From assembly GCF_009914755.1 (NCBI RefSeq), contig NC_060928.1: 64,000 bases of DNA; one strand, 5' to 3'. Position 1 is the stretch's first letter; each line of letters opens with the position of its first letter. Position numbers and translations under genes: made by a program. The notes under the pieces were generated by a model. It searched no databases. It saw only the letters and a list, made by a program, of their open reading frames with translations, and was not told the origin of the DNA. The DNA is from the human T2T-CHM13v2.0 reference genome, Homo sapiens. Of this stretch, positions 13,319-26,851 are shown piece after piece.

Positions 13319-14249
13319 TAAGCACTACATATGTAATAGCTTTGATAAGAGATCAAGAAGTGAATAGCAATGAAAATAAACTCACTGTAGAATTATATAG
13401 GACATATATCTATATATACAAATATATATATTCTTAGCCATATAATATGTAGCATGTGCACACACATTTACACAAAAATATATTAATAAACGAATCATTA
13501 AAAAATACAATTTGAGAAATCTTACTAATTTGCCCTGGTAAGTCATGTTCTCATTCTCACTAGCTGCTCTCGCCTGCTCAGAAACTTAAGTCCAACATGT
13601 TGTTTGATGGATCATGGAGATAAGTAGACAAAGAAAATATGGAGACTATCAAAGAATTCAAGACTCACTGAGAAACTACCTTAATTCCAGCACAATCCTT
13701 GATTGCTGAGGAAAGCAACCCTGGCTGTGATGAAACACCTAGCAGTACCCATAAACTCTGAATTGCGGTAACGACACAAGGCCAGACATTCCTGAAGCCC
13801 CAGCTTAAACTGCCTCTTTCCACCATTATTATTATGTGTATATATTTAAATTGTCAAAGTCTCTATTTGACTGTCAAAATTGGAAATTACAATATGTATT
13901 TATATTTCCTTGAGAATTTGTGGAATAAATTTCAGTATAATATGTACTTATATTTTCTTGGAATATGTAAAATAAAATGAGACTAAAGTTAACAGTACAG
14001 AAATAAAATTAATGTGAATAATGAAATTCTATTTTTAAGCAGAATTGTTTAATTCAGAAAGGGAGATAATGGGTACATATAATCAAAATGACCATTTTCT
14101 CTCAACTCTTCTACTTCACTCCATTCCTTCTGCAGCCAAAAATCAGAAAGAAGGTGGATGGCACTGTTACGCCCTAAGATTGTAACTTGTAAAGAGAGAA
14201 GAAAATTATTTTCTAAACTGTTGCAGGTATAGTTCAGTCATTAGTTTAG

Positions 14250-14432
14250 TAGCACTGGACAGGCCTGGGTTTGATTCCTGCTTTACCTATTATTCAATGT
14301 GTGCCTCATACAGATATTCCAACTGGAGCTTCAGTCTCTTCTTATGTAAAGTGGCAGTAACATTAGTCCTCACAGGTACTTAAGTACTTGACACAGTACT
14401 TGGCACATACTAGTTTAAATATTCTAGCTATT
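14250..14432 (+). mobile_element. MIR SINE
   Basis: cctgggtttgattcctgct...cttcagtctcttcttatgtaaagtgg...acagtacttggcacatac. Confidence 0.65.
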
Positions 14433-14927
14433 ATCAACTTACTTAAAATTCTTATAAGCCACATTATCATCACACTTTTCTACTAACTTAATTTTTTTTG
14501 TTCTTGGGTTTAAGAAAACCCAGTGGTTCGTTCCATAGTTCATGTTTAATATGGCCATTTTTTTCTTCTTGAACTCCAATGCATCTGTGGCTGACCCTTG
14601 ACTTTACTAGTAGCTCATCAACATATTTGGACAGAAGAAGAATTTGATGTTTGGTTCATTATTTATGTGAAATCAAGGAGTTGGCAGCATACACAACTGA
14701 ATGAGAATTCTAGAAATGGCCTTTTCAGCAAATGTATGACAAAGAAGCACTTACTTATTAAGACTCTTCCCAAGTAACAACTTGTTTCCATATTACCTAG
14801 ACAGAGAAAGAAAGAAGTTCCCATTTGTCCCCAAAAGCAGAAAAAACATCAAGTAGTTCAAAAATTCAGGCTTGGGTAAGGAAAAATTATGATATTTTCC
14901 AATAAGTATTAAAAGATAATTTTATAA

Positions 14928-15201
14928 TTTTATTTTATTTTATTTTTGAGATGGAGTCTCGCTCTTTTGCCCAGGCTGGAGCACAGTGGCACGATCTCAG
15001 CTCACCGCAACCTCTGCCTCAGCCTCCCAAGTAGCTGGGACTACAGGCACACAGCACTACACCCAGCCAATTTTTGTATTTTTAGTAGAGACAGGGTTTC
15101 ACCATATTGGCCAGGGTGGTCTCGAACCCTTGACCTCGTGATCCACCTGTCTCGGCCTCCCAAAGTGCTGGGATTACAGGTGTGAGCCACTGTGCCCAGC
15201 C
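14928..15201 (-). mobile_element. Alu SINE (AluS-like) with an internal deletion of about 26 bp
   Basis: Antisense Alu. caacctctgcctc joins directly to agcctcccaagtagc, so the gggttcaagcgattctc segment is missing. Confidence 0.93.
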
Positions 15202-15489
15202 GAATTGTTTTTTTTTTTAATTTGGTTAACTAAAGGACATTCTTAGGCCATAATTTTATTTCATATTACCATTCAATGCAAAAAGTGTGACATTTGAGTT
15301 ACAGGACTGATCATGCAAATTTCTAAAATCTAAAATGCCCTTTTGCTCAGTTTAGAAATGAAAATAATACATTGAAAGAGAAAACATCTTCTTGGTAAAG
15401 AATAACTTAGGAGGAAGGATCCAAGAACACTGCAGGACGTGAGTTCAATAAGATTATCAACGAGAAGGAAGGAAACTTGGTCATTAATC

Positions 15490-15605
15490 ATTTGTTTTGG
15501 AAATATATTTTGAAAATGCTTCTAAGTATTTGCACTGTGCTATATGCACTGGGGACAGTCATATTAAACAATTCTTGCCTTAAAGAAGCTTACGATCTAG
15601 CAAGA
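15490..15605 (-). mobile_element. L2 LINE 3' fragment
   Basis: gcactgtgctatatgcactggggaca...cttgccttaaagaagcttacgatctag. Confidence 0.55.
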
Positions 15606-15619
15606 GAGGGAGACTGAGC

Positions 15620-15703
15620 CATTAATGGCTATACTACATCAATGGTTATAACCACTGATGGTTATACCACAGCCATCAATGGTTATATCACATCAGTGGT
15701 TAT
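15620..15703. repeat. Degenerate ~17-bp tandem repeat (CATCAATGGTTATA core, about 5 copies) with an internal palindrome
   Basis: cattaatggctata, catcaatggttata, cactgatggttata, catcaatggttata, catcagtggttat read directly from the sequence. Confidence 0.8.
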
Positions 15704-15789
15704 GTTTCATTAGCAAGCAGATACAGGATGCATTGGGAACACCATGGGAGGGAAGTCATGGGATGAGAAAAAATGAAACTGAAAGAGAC

Positions 15790-17132
15790 TCCTCAGAAAA
15801 AGCAAAAACAATATTGATTTTAATAAAATGTCCGCCCTTTTAAAATCAAACACATGTAATACTTTATCTGTATAATACATTGAAGTATGTCTTGTTCTTT
15901 AAAATATAGTTTCTCCAAATGATTCTGAGGCTCAATCATGATTACAAGATACATGAAATTAGGCACATTAACATGACACAACTATTCAGTAATCTTTACA
16001 GTGCATTATTTATAAGACGCCACAAGTCACACAGTTTATACAAGTTAAAATGGGCTATATGAAGTATCTGCAGTTTTTGTGTATTTTTCCCTGCTAGGTA
16101 AAGTGAATATTCCTTTAACATTGTACCTTGGTGTTACTTCCTTTGAAAGATGGACATTGAAAGTTAAAAATCAGTCACTATATAGGCACTGCTGTATGGA
16201 AAACGCATTTTGTGTTTCTACAAATTGTAAGCGGAAATGCCTTTTGAGTACATATTTATGCCAGAAAGCTTGACAAACACTGAACAGTCTGTAAAAAAAA
16301 TGGAAAATCTCTTGACCATCAATTCAAATAAATATAATTTAGCTATTTGCAGCAATACTAATTTACTTTATTAAATTAATTACTCTAAAATGCTCTTGTT
16401 GTCAGGTACCAAAATGGTTTTGAAGTTAGGGAGCTGCTTTCTCTCTTCATTCCTGTGGGTGCCCCAATTCTCCATAATATTTGCAGCTGAGAAGTATGTC
16501 TTTTTATTCATTTTTAAATTTTCATTTAAGTGACAATCAGTTGGGAGCAAATTAAATCCTCCCTTAAGGTGAAAAAAAAAAAAACAAACAAAAACCACCA
16601 AAAAACAGAAACCTCAAACCACTTCTGAATGACTTCAGACTATCTTTCGGCTCCTGAATGCTGCTTTTGCATACTGTTACTATTGTAACACACTAAAATG
16701 ATGCCTATCATAAAGTAAGGATGGCCCAATCTGTTGACAATCTAATCTAATCTAATCTAATCAAGATGACCCAATCTAATGACCGTATTGGATGGCAGGT
16801 ACTTCTGAAGTCAGTTAATAGTAATACTTTAAAGAAATTTCATTCCAATAAGTACAGTATAAAAGTCTTTATATTATATGCATAAATTCACAAAAAGCAC
16901 TTCAAAGATGTCTGGTCAAAACTATTTCCAGAAGACCCCAAAGCCCACACCTTTTGTTCCAAATGTAATTATGACAACTACAACAAAAGCAGTAAAAAGC
17001 AAGACAAGAAAATCTTAGTCATTTTCAAATGATTTCAACCCCATTCCTTGGGAGAACAGGTAATCAAAGTATGTTGCAGGTTGTGCTTGTTTTTAAACAG
17101 ATGTCATCCGGGACCATAGGCTATAAGTAGTT
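15790..17132 (-). other. NPY1R: NPY1R 3'UTR (end approximate) with candidate polyadenylation signals
   Basis: Follows the stop codon. Minus-strand AATAAA at 16508-16503 and 16372-16367. ATTAAA at 15824-15819 is followed by a U/GU-rich tract. Confidence 0.65.
16739..16762. repeat. (AATCT)n pentanucleotide microsatellite in the NPY1R 3'UTR
   Basis: aatct x4 plus aatc. Confidence 0.9.
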
Positions 17133-17588
17133 TCAGATTTTTTCATTATCATCATTGTTGTTGATTTTTTTAAATGCGACTGGGCTTGCTTGCTTCAAAG
17201 AAGTTTTGGAAACATCTGTGTGCATCGTGGACATGGCTATTGTTTCATAATCATCATCCCGAGACCGGAAATCACAAAAGTTGAAGAAGAACTGCAAGTC
17301 TCTCTGGAAGTTTTTGTTCAGGAACCCATAAAATATGGGGTTGACACAAGTGGATATCATTGCTGTGAGGTGGCAGAGCAGGAATAACAGATTGTGGTTG
17401 CAGGTAGCAATGATCTGATGATTCCAATCAAACACAGTGTTAAAGATGGTAAGAGGGAGCCAGCAGACTGCAAATGCTACCACAATGGAGAGCAGCATGA
17501 TATTGATTCTTTTGGTTTCACTGGACCTGTACTTATTGTCTCTCATCTTGTCCATCATGTTGTTTCTCCTTTTTAGGCGTATATATAT
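17133..17588 (-). CDS. NPY1R: Neuropeptide Y receptor Y1, last coding exon (ICL3, TM6, TM7, C-tail)
   Basis: Acceptor AG at 17590-17589. Translates IYIRLKRRNNMMDK...CWLPL...NPIFY...NNDDNEKI*. With the upstream exon the protein is 233+151 = 384 aa. Confidence 0.98.
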   Translation of the reverse strand: MYIRLKRRNNMMDKMRDNKYRSSETKRINIMLLSIVVAFAVCWLPLTIFNTVFDWNHQIIATCNHNLLFLLCHLTAMISTCVNPIFYGFLNKNFQRDLQFFFNFCDFRSRDDDYETIAMSTMHTDVSKTSLKQASPVAFKKINNNDDNEKI

Positions 17589-17685
17589 CTATGGAAGAAA
17601 AAAGTTTAAATAGAAACACTCATTTGATGAGGAATTCTGTGTAAAGAAGGTAAAAATGGAAATGATAGAAAAAAAGTTTTCTTAC
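17589..17685 (-). other. NPY1R: 97-bp phase-0 GT-AG intron of NPY1R, after TM5
   Basis: AAG|GTAAGA donor and pyrimidine tract ...ttttttcttccatAG acceptor. Splicing restores CYFK-IYIRL. Confidence 0.97.
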
Positions 17686-18384
17686 CTTGAAGTAGCAAAT
17701 AAATATAAAACAAAGTGGACCAAAATACTGCAGCACCAAGAGGAGAGTGGTATAAGACAACCTATGAGAGTCCGATGGAAATTGATCAAAGCACACGTAT
17801 TTGTCTTTGTACGCATCAAGTGTTACATTTTGGAACGGCTCATCAGTCATTACTTGGTAGATCAGGAAAGGCAAAGAAGAAGCCACAGCAAGGACCCAAA
17901 TCACAGCAATACCTACATAAGCATGTCTATTATTTGGTCTCCACCCTCGAGGGTTGATTATCAGCTGATGTCGTTCCACAGCAATGAGAACCAGAGAGAA
18001 AATGGACACAGTGATTGAAACACATTGCACAAAAGGATTCAACTTACACATCGCCTCACCAAAGACCCAGTGGTCCATTAATGTGTAGACAAATGTAAAG
18101 GGGAGACACATGATGGCAACAAGCAAGTCTGAGAAGGAAAGGTTCACAATCAGGATGTTGGTAACATTTCTCATCTCCTTTTGTTTCAAGATGATTATGA
18201 TCAAGGCCAGGTTTCCAGAGACACCAAGAATGATCACAGCTCCATAAGCAAGAGCTAAGGTAAATATCATGGCCAAGGGCAGATGACAATCATCATTTTC
18301 AAAAGCCAGAAGCTGGGCATTCTTCTCTGAGAAATTAGAGTGGACTGAATGATTTTCAACCTGGGAAAATAATGTTGAATTCAT
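17686..18384 (-). CDS. NPY1R: Neuropeptide Y receptor Y1, first coding exon (N-terminus to TM5); the exon itself begins at 18535
   Basis: MNSTLFSQVENHS..., class A GPCR motifs GN (TM1), LSFSD (TM2) and ERH at the DRY position. Acceptor ttttctctttacAG at 18537-18536. Confidence 0.98.
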
Positions 18385-20961
18385 TTTGATTGGTTTGGTT
18401 GTTATAGATTATTTTAGACAAATGGACAGTATGTTTCTTCAAAGCAGGTCAACTGTTCAGCTTATTCTTATTCCCCATATTGGAATCCATTTACCAAAAT
18501 TATTCTGAATTCTTCATTCCCTTGAACTGAACAATCTGTAAAGAGAAAATGACCAATTGCATTACTAATTTTATTGAGGGCAGTCAAAATGACTTCTGAC
18601 TCACAGAACTCTTTAAAGTGAAAACACTGAAATAAATAAACAAAATGTAATCTTGTAAACATCTTTCTAAAATAGCAGAAATGGTGAAAACATACTGAAT
18701 AAAGAAAAAATAAAATTTTTAATTGGACTTGCTTACAGAACAAGTCTTAGTAAAACATAATGGTCTATAAGTTAGTAAGGAATATAAATATTATGCCCCA
18801 AGTCTTACATAAACAGTAATAACAGCACATTCCTAAACATTATAAGAATATGAATGTATAAAAACCACTTAATGCACAGATTAAAACATAAGAAAAATAA
18901 ACAAACAAAGCAAAAGAAAATAAATTACCTAATTCTGCCATATGCTATAGAAATGGAAGAATTAGTGTCAAGGTCAAGTTATAGCAATAGCTCCACCATA
19001 CATACACTGCACTGCTTTTTAGGGCAGATGTTATTCAGCACAAACATATTCAACAAAAGATGATCACTACAGTGAAACATCAAAAAACTTTGCCATGAAT
19101 GACTATTGAGAGACTAGACAATGTTTAATCCGGAAAATACTTAGTAGGAATGGTACAGATGTCTTCTTGTATTTTAATGGGTAGCATGTAGAACACAGCG
19201 TTGAGCTTAGAATGTTACATCTAATTATATGTACAAGTTAAAAGTAGGACCAAGAGGTGCACATTATTTTTTTAATCACATCATTGTGAGGAACAAAAGT
19301 TTAGTAAAATGGAATTATTTGCCTGCAAATCTAGCAAGTGTTCCATATACAAATTTTATAACCACCATATGAAAAACCATTTCAGAGAGTTTCTATATTG
19401 TGTGGGAGATTCTAACTTTAAGAGTCTGTTATTTTAGTAATATGTTAGAAGCTTTCAAGGATTTCTAAGGTATTATTTATGTAAATATCTTCCCTACCCA
19501 CCAGACTATATGTGTGCCCAATGCAAGGATCTAGATTTTAATTGTAATTTTGATTTTTCACAGCACTTTGTGATACATTTTTCTCTTATTAACAACACAA
19601 ATCACAGACTTGTAGAGTTTTAAAAAGTTTGAAATTATTTTAAAAACTCCTTTTCAAAAATAAGTCTGATATTCCCTAGATTACTAAGTAAATATGTGAG
19701 GCGGAGTTTCTTATGTTAATTAACAGGCCATCATGCTTGTATTAAGAAACTGAATTTCATTCTTTTCTTTCTTAAATAAGACCAATAAAGAAAATCATGC
19801 AGAGTTACTTCCATTGAAAGAAAGATAAAAAACTTAATGAACAAGAAATGCATTTGCCTTTTACTTAATGCCTCTAATAAACCTTTCCTTTAATTTTTGT
19901 GCTTTCTAGAACATGAGGTTTTTTTTTTTTTATTATGAAACCATGATTTGGCCTTAAAAACTTAAGAAGAATAAAGTAAGAGTTGCTACAATGAAGTCAG
20001 AATGAAACTATTAAAGAATGGTAATGGAATGATTTCAGGTATGAGTGTTATTAGAAACGTGGCTCTCTCTTCCTCTATGCATCAACCTGTAATGACTCCC
20101 TAATACTTATGTGATAACCACACTTTGTCTCTCAAGAATTCCAAAGGCAGAGAGAATGATCAGTGATTGTCAGAGTTTGAAAACAATCTCAAAAGAGCAG
20201 TAATAACTTCAAATTATTTGGAAATCCCTTATTTTAAGAATTCAAGAAAATTTAGCATCATATTTCCTATTTAAGTTGCTACAGAGATATTTAACATGAC
20301 TTATCAATTAATTATAAGTTTCCCTTCATTATTTGAAGTAAAACTAGCAGAGTAGGGAAAAGCTTTTTATCCTTGTCACCAAGTACCAACAGGTGAATGA
20401 GGACCCTGGTTTGAGACACATGAGAGACAGAATACTAAGTACATTCCCCAGCCTGACACATTAAGACCTCTGCATTATACCTCTTGTCCACACTTTACTC
20501 TAATAATCCCAATGTGAATACACTGCTCTAGGCAGGTGAGTCTGTTCACAGTCTACCAAATATAGCTCTGCGTCTCCACCTCCGCCATTCCTCTTGCTGG
20601 GTGTTCTCTCTCTCCCACCACCAATCCAAACTCTACCCATCTTTCAAAGCACCATTTAGTCCCTAGAATCCTTAGTTGGCTCCTCTCATTTTTAATATAA
20701 CATCTTTGAGGTAGGCATTGTGCATACTTCATAGTACCTTGCAAGTATTAGACTTAGAATAAAACTGTGTTGACTGATATAACTGATGCATGGTTGGAAT
20801 AGTAGGTTCTTGGGTAAATTAATCCTAACATCAATAGCTCAATTCCATCATAGTCCTTGAACAGGCAAAATGTATGCTAATCACAACAGCCGTACTCCTA
20901 GGTCATGTATATAGGGGAAAATGTTACACTTTATATAAAAATATTATTTCTGAAAGAAAAT

Positions 20962-21960
<999 letters not shown>

Positions 21961-23098
21961 AACAGAAATATTCTATCCACTGACTGATTTTGGCAAAAAT
22001 GAATACATATAAGAATTCACACAGACATTAAATTATTGCAAAGTACAGGCTACAAACATAGCTTTCTTACAGATGAGTTCAGGTAAACGTACTGAAGCTC
22101 TAGCCTGATACCTTTGAAATTGTATTTAATAGGCATGCCCAATGAGGAAGCATTTTTCTTACTAGGTAGAAGTTAATTTAGCTATAGAGAAAATGAAAAG
22201 TTTATTTTTTTAAGGTGTTTTCAAGCCTATTTTACTAAGTGCACATTTGATAGTTATTCCAGTTGTGTAAACCAATTCTGCATTGGATAAATGTGTATTT
22301 TCAGTTTACCTTAGTGTAATTTCAAGAAAGAATAACTGTCAGAAAATAACAATACTAAGAGAGAATTTACACACTTTATCTTTGCAAAAGAAAATAATTT
22401 GATATTTACTATTCTAATATAATTTGTAAAATAAGCTATGCAACTGCAGAAACTGCAAAAATTAAAGACTGTTAAATCTCAGTGTAGCTGCCATGTGCAT
22501 ATAGAGACAAAACAGACATTACATACATCACCAGTTGGCAAATTAGCCCCCTTGCAGAGGGAAATTTCCTCTTCTTTCTTTCCAATTAGAATGCTGGCCT
22601 TTCATTGCTTGCTCTTCGCAGTGCTGTTACTACTTGAAAATACAGCTCCCTGATCATAACCTGCTGCAGATACATTTTTTCAAATACTCAGGATTGGCTG
22701 GCTGTTCACCTCACTTGTGTTGGAAAAGAAATGTCAGCCTTGTTACATACAGCCTCCCAAAGTTACTGCTAGCTTATCTAAATGAATTACATAATTCTCT
22801 GCTCCTTCCTTGCTGGGGAGGGCTTGTTCAACAGACTGCTGCCTTAAGACAATAAAGACTAATAAAGTAGTAGTCACGGAAGAGCACTCGGTCTAGTCCT
22901 GGGTGGGGAACCTGGTCGGGTTAGCTTTCTGCTCCCTCGCTTGCTTCGCCAGAGAGCCGGCCCAGGGTCGAGAACAAACAGCTACTGCTTTTCTGTTCCA
23001 GACCTGACAGACAAGCTCCACATGTCCCCTGCCTGTGTGTGCCATCCCGCCCGTCATGCTTTCTCATAGGATGGGGAGTGGGGGAAGCAATGCGTGCT

Positions 23099-23355
23099 CT
23101 GTGTGTGTGTGAGTGTGAGTGTGTGTACATGGAAACACACTCTCTTTTGCTCCTCTCCCCTAGGTTTTTCCTGTGCTCCAGAAGTTATCAAACAACGAAA
23201 TGGGAAATGGGACATGTTCAGTCAAAATTCCTGTTGGCACGCTTACCCACCCACCTTTTTCATATTGCGTAACTAGGTGAATCGCCCGAAATTTACTCCA
23301 TTCCTGACTCCCTACTACACACACATACACACACTCTCACTCTCTCTCTCTCTCC
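23099..23355. repeat. (TG)n tract at about 23099-23125 and (CA)n(CT)n tract at about 23316-23353
   Basis: Read directly from the sequence. Confidence 0.85.
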
Positions 23356-23644
23356 CATCAAAAAACCTTTCTACCAGTGATAAGAGACTGGCAAAAGAGA
23401 AAAGATATAAACAACCAAAACCAAGCAGATCCCAAACCGAAGTCAATTCTCTCTCTTTGGCCCAACATCAGACCTTAAAACATTCTCATCTCTCCAGTCT
23501 ACCTGGGAACCAACGGCACACCCTATCAAGACACCTCCACCTCCTGTCCATTCCCAATCTCCTAACCCAGCCACGTTCCATCATTACTTTTCTAAAAGAA
23601 AGAGCTAAAGAGTTCCCTGATTAGAACTCCGATGATTAAAAGCT

Positions 23645-24905
23645 TCGGGTGTCTATCGGGGCGCAGCGCCACACTCGAAGCGCCCGGTACTGCGGTGCGC
23701 GGCTCGATTGCAGCCGAGAAGCGCGGAACCCGCAAGTGGGGGTGGGCTTGCGCGCTGGGGTCCGCGCCGAGGGCTACTCCCACCTCCGCCAGCTCCCAGC
23801 CCGACACCTGCCGCGGGACCCGTGCGACGCTGGGCGACGCGCCAAGCCCACCCTTCTCCGGCTCATCCCAGCCAGTTACTCCGCGAAAACTCCGGTGCGG
23901 CCAGAGCCAGCGCCTCCAGCCAGCTCAAGACACGTAAGGAAAATGAGCGGGTGTGGGATAGGCGAACTCGGGCGCCTTCCCAGTGCCTCGGCCTTTTAAA
24001 GAGAACCGGGGTAAAGGAAAACTTGGATCCCCATCCAGAAATTCCCCGGGAGCAGGTGGTGGGAAAGCCCGAACTCCGCGTAGGGTACCCTCTCCTTTCA
24101 CCCGCGTCGTCCCCATACCCTTCGGCAGGAGCCCGCGAACGGTCCGGTGATTTGGAGCAACCTGCGACCTGCCTGCACTGGAGACCCCACCTTGGTCCCC
24201 CAGAGCCAGTTTCGGACACTCGCATCGTTTTTCTTCCCCTCTCATCCTTCACCTTGTCAATGAGAGATTTCGCAGAAGTCTCTGGAAAGGCATAAACTCG
24301 CAACTTACCCTCTTTGGAATTTGTCTTTTTCGCTCCTGCTTATTAAAGAAGGAAGGGTGGGAATGGAAGGGAGCAGAGTGGGGAAGATCCGCTGGTATTT
24401 CTCCTGCTCAGATCCTAAAGATTGATGAAGCTAGGAAGAGACGCCTCCTTAAAGCCGAACTCCACCTCATCCCGGATCACGTGACGGCGTCCCGCGAGTA
24501 GCGCCTGAAGCTCCCCCAACCCCACAAACACCTCACAAAGGTGCACACCTCGGGGAAGCATTGCCTAGGAATTTTGGAAAGAAAAGCAATCCAACAGAAG
24601 CCACACATTATTCGACACAGACCTCCCGCGCAGGGGAAAGGAAGCCCTAATCCCCACAGTCCTCGACTCCGGGGAAGGCAGGGCAGTTTCCCGAGGCTTG
24701 AAAAAGTCGGTGCCACTGTGCTTTTCTTTGTTTGCAGGTCAGTGCCATCTTGTGGCCGAAGTCATACCCGGCTGGAGAGCTCGAGCGCCAGCCCAAACCA
24801 GGAATCAAAGGGCTCGCTGGGAAACATGAAATTCGCCACAATAATGGCACTAATATTTTCTTTTGCTTTCTTTTGTGACGCTCAACTCTCACGCCAGTGC
24901 CGAGA
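23645..24905. promoter_or_regulatory. NPY1R: CpG island and proximal NPY1R promoter
   Basis: Dense CpG in an AT-rich background. Contains the exon 1 donor and the E-box TCACGTGA at 24477-24484. Confidence 0.9.
24309..24420 (-). other. NPY1R: NPY1R non-coding first exon (1A-type); TSS position approximate
   Basis: Strong donor AAAGAGG|GTAAGT with GT at 24308-24307. The join ...CCAAAGAGG-ATTGTTCAG matches the NPY1R cDNA as I recall it. Confidence 0.85.
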
Positions 24906-25281
24906 ATTTGTTTTCCTCACTTTATAAGTGAACAAAGAGAAGACCTTTAAAAAGTCAAAGCAGTCAATCGGCCCTCCTTTCTTTGGCCCACTGAGAAAAT
25001 GCAATAAGTCAGATTTGTTCCCAGCGCTTAGCTGCTTTTTAGTTTTTTTAGGGGAGAACCATGAGCTGAATATTTCCCTGGTGGTCGAAAAGAGTCAATG
25101 CAATTTTCTCGGTGATTAGTACTACAGTACTGAACATTATGAAGAAAAAAATAGAATGTACACCGAGTACGTTGAAGGCGGCCAAACCCATCATGGTGCC
25201 CGATGATTCAGGCCAATTACTGGCACACTGATCTTAGATGTTTTACCTGATTCTATTCTAGTTTCAAAAGTCAAAGTTGTA

Positions 25282-25308
25282 AACACACACATACACACAC
25301 ACACACAC
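25282..25308. repeat. (CA)n microsatellite, interrupted
   Basis: Read directly from the sequence. Confidence 0.85.
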
Positions 25309-26403
25309 AAATTATGTAGACGATGAACTGATGCAAATGAGTAGAACTTCTTCCAAATAAAATTGTTAAAAATAAGAAGTCTTTCTAATAAAGATACAGG
25401 GCACTGCCCAGAGAATTTATAAAGATTTCATTAGAAAACAATTCTAATGGCAGTCTTTCTTCTAATTAAAATCAAAATAAAATTCCAAGACAAGTGGACT
25501 CATCTGAACTTTATACTGTTAAAAAACGTTTTCTTTTTCTGATTGTTAGGCTGAATAAACATATTTAAGGTTCAGTATAAGCTCATTTATATAGATAGTG
25601 ATGAACACAATCTCTGGATGTTTTTCCAAGAAAGCTTTCCAAAATATGTGTCACTAGACATATTTTTATATAGTTGGAAAGGCATTGTAATTAAGAATTA
25701 AAATGTCATGATTATGTAATGATTGTACTATTAGTGTATAACAACAGATATAAGCATACATATAAAAATCTCTAATGGTTAAGCAGAGTAAAATGACAAC
25801 AGATTCATTTATACACACACACACATATACACACACATACTTTTTTTTTTTAACCAAGGCACAATAATTTTTACCAAGGCACAATTTAGGAATTTCAACT
25901 CTTTCAGGGAAGAATAACTAATATTCATTCAGGTTTCTATGCATCCTCTGTCTACTCTATTGCCTTAAGTCACATTCTGTTCTTAGAAGGAAGTTTTCCC
26001 CATGGTTTTGATCATCAAATTGGCTATCTTTAGCCTGCTATAAGAATTACAAATGAAGTAATTTAATTCTCTACTAAGAATATATTTTTATGTAGAAACT
26101 TTTATTATGTCAGCAAATATTTTGGACTTGAGAATATAATTTGGACTCAGGTACTATGCTTTCTCTATTTCCCAAGAATACTAATAAAGGCATGTCTGCC
26201 AGAGTTCTGAACTATTATGGCCATTGTATTTTATCATTTTATTAACTCAATTTTTATGAAGTGTTCTCCCTAAGGAAAATTTGTGAAACTGCATTCTTGA
26301 GTTATTAATGTCAGATACCAATCTTTGAAAGATCATTGGTCTCAAGGACTCTTTTCTATGACAACTTTATGATACAAAGAGAAGTTCTGAAATACTCAAC
26401 AGT

Positions 26404-26851
<448 letters not shown>

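Noticed and set aside
15620-15703. CRISPR-like appearance of short palindromic repeats
   Set aside because: Primate DNA, no unique spacers of regular length and no cas genes.
17190-18289. Antisense and alternative-frame ORFs over the NPY1R CDS
   Set aside because: Shadow ORFs of a real coding sequence with no independent support.
23592-24303. ORFs of 100-195 aa at the NPY1R CpG island
   Set aside because: Same GC-content artefact; they lie in NPY1R intron 1 and many start at non-ATG codons.
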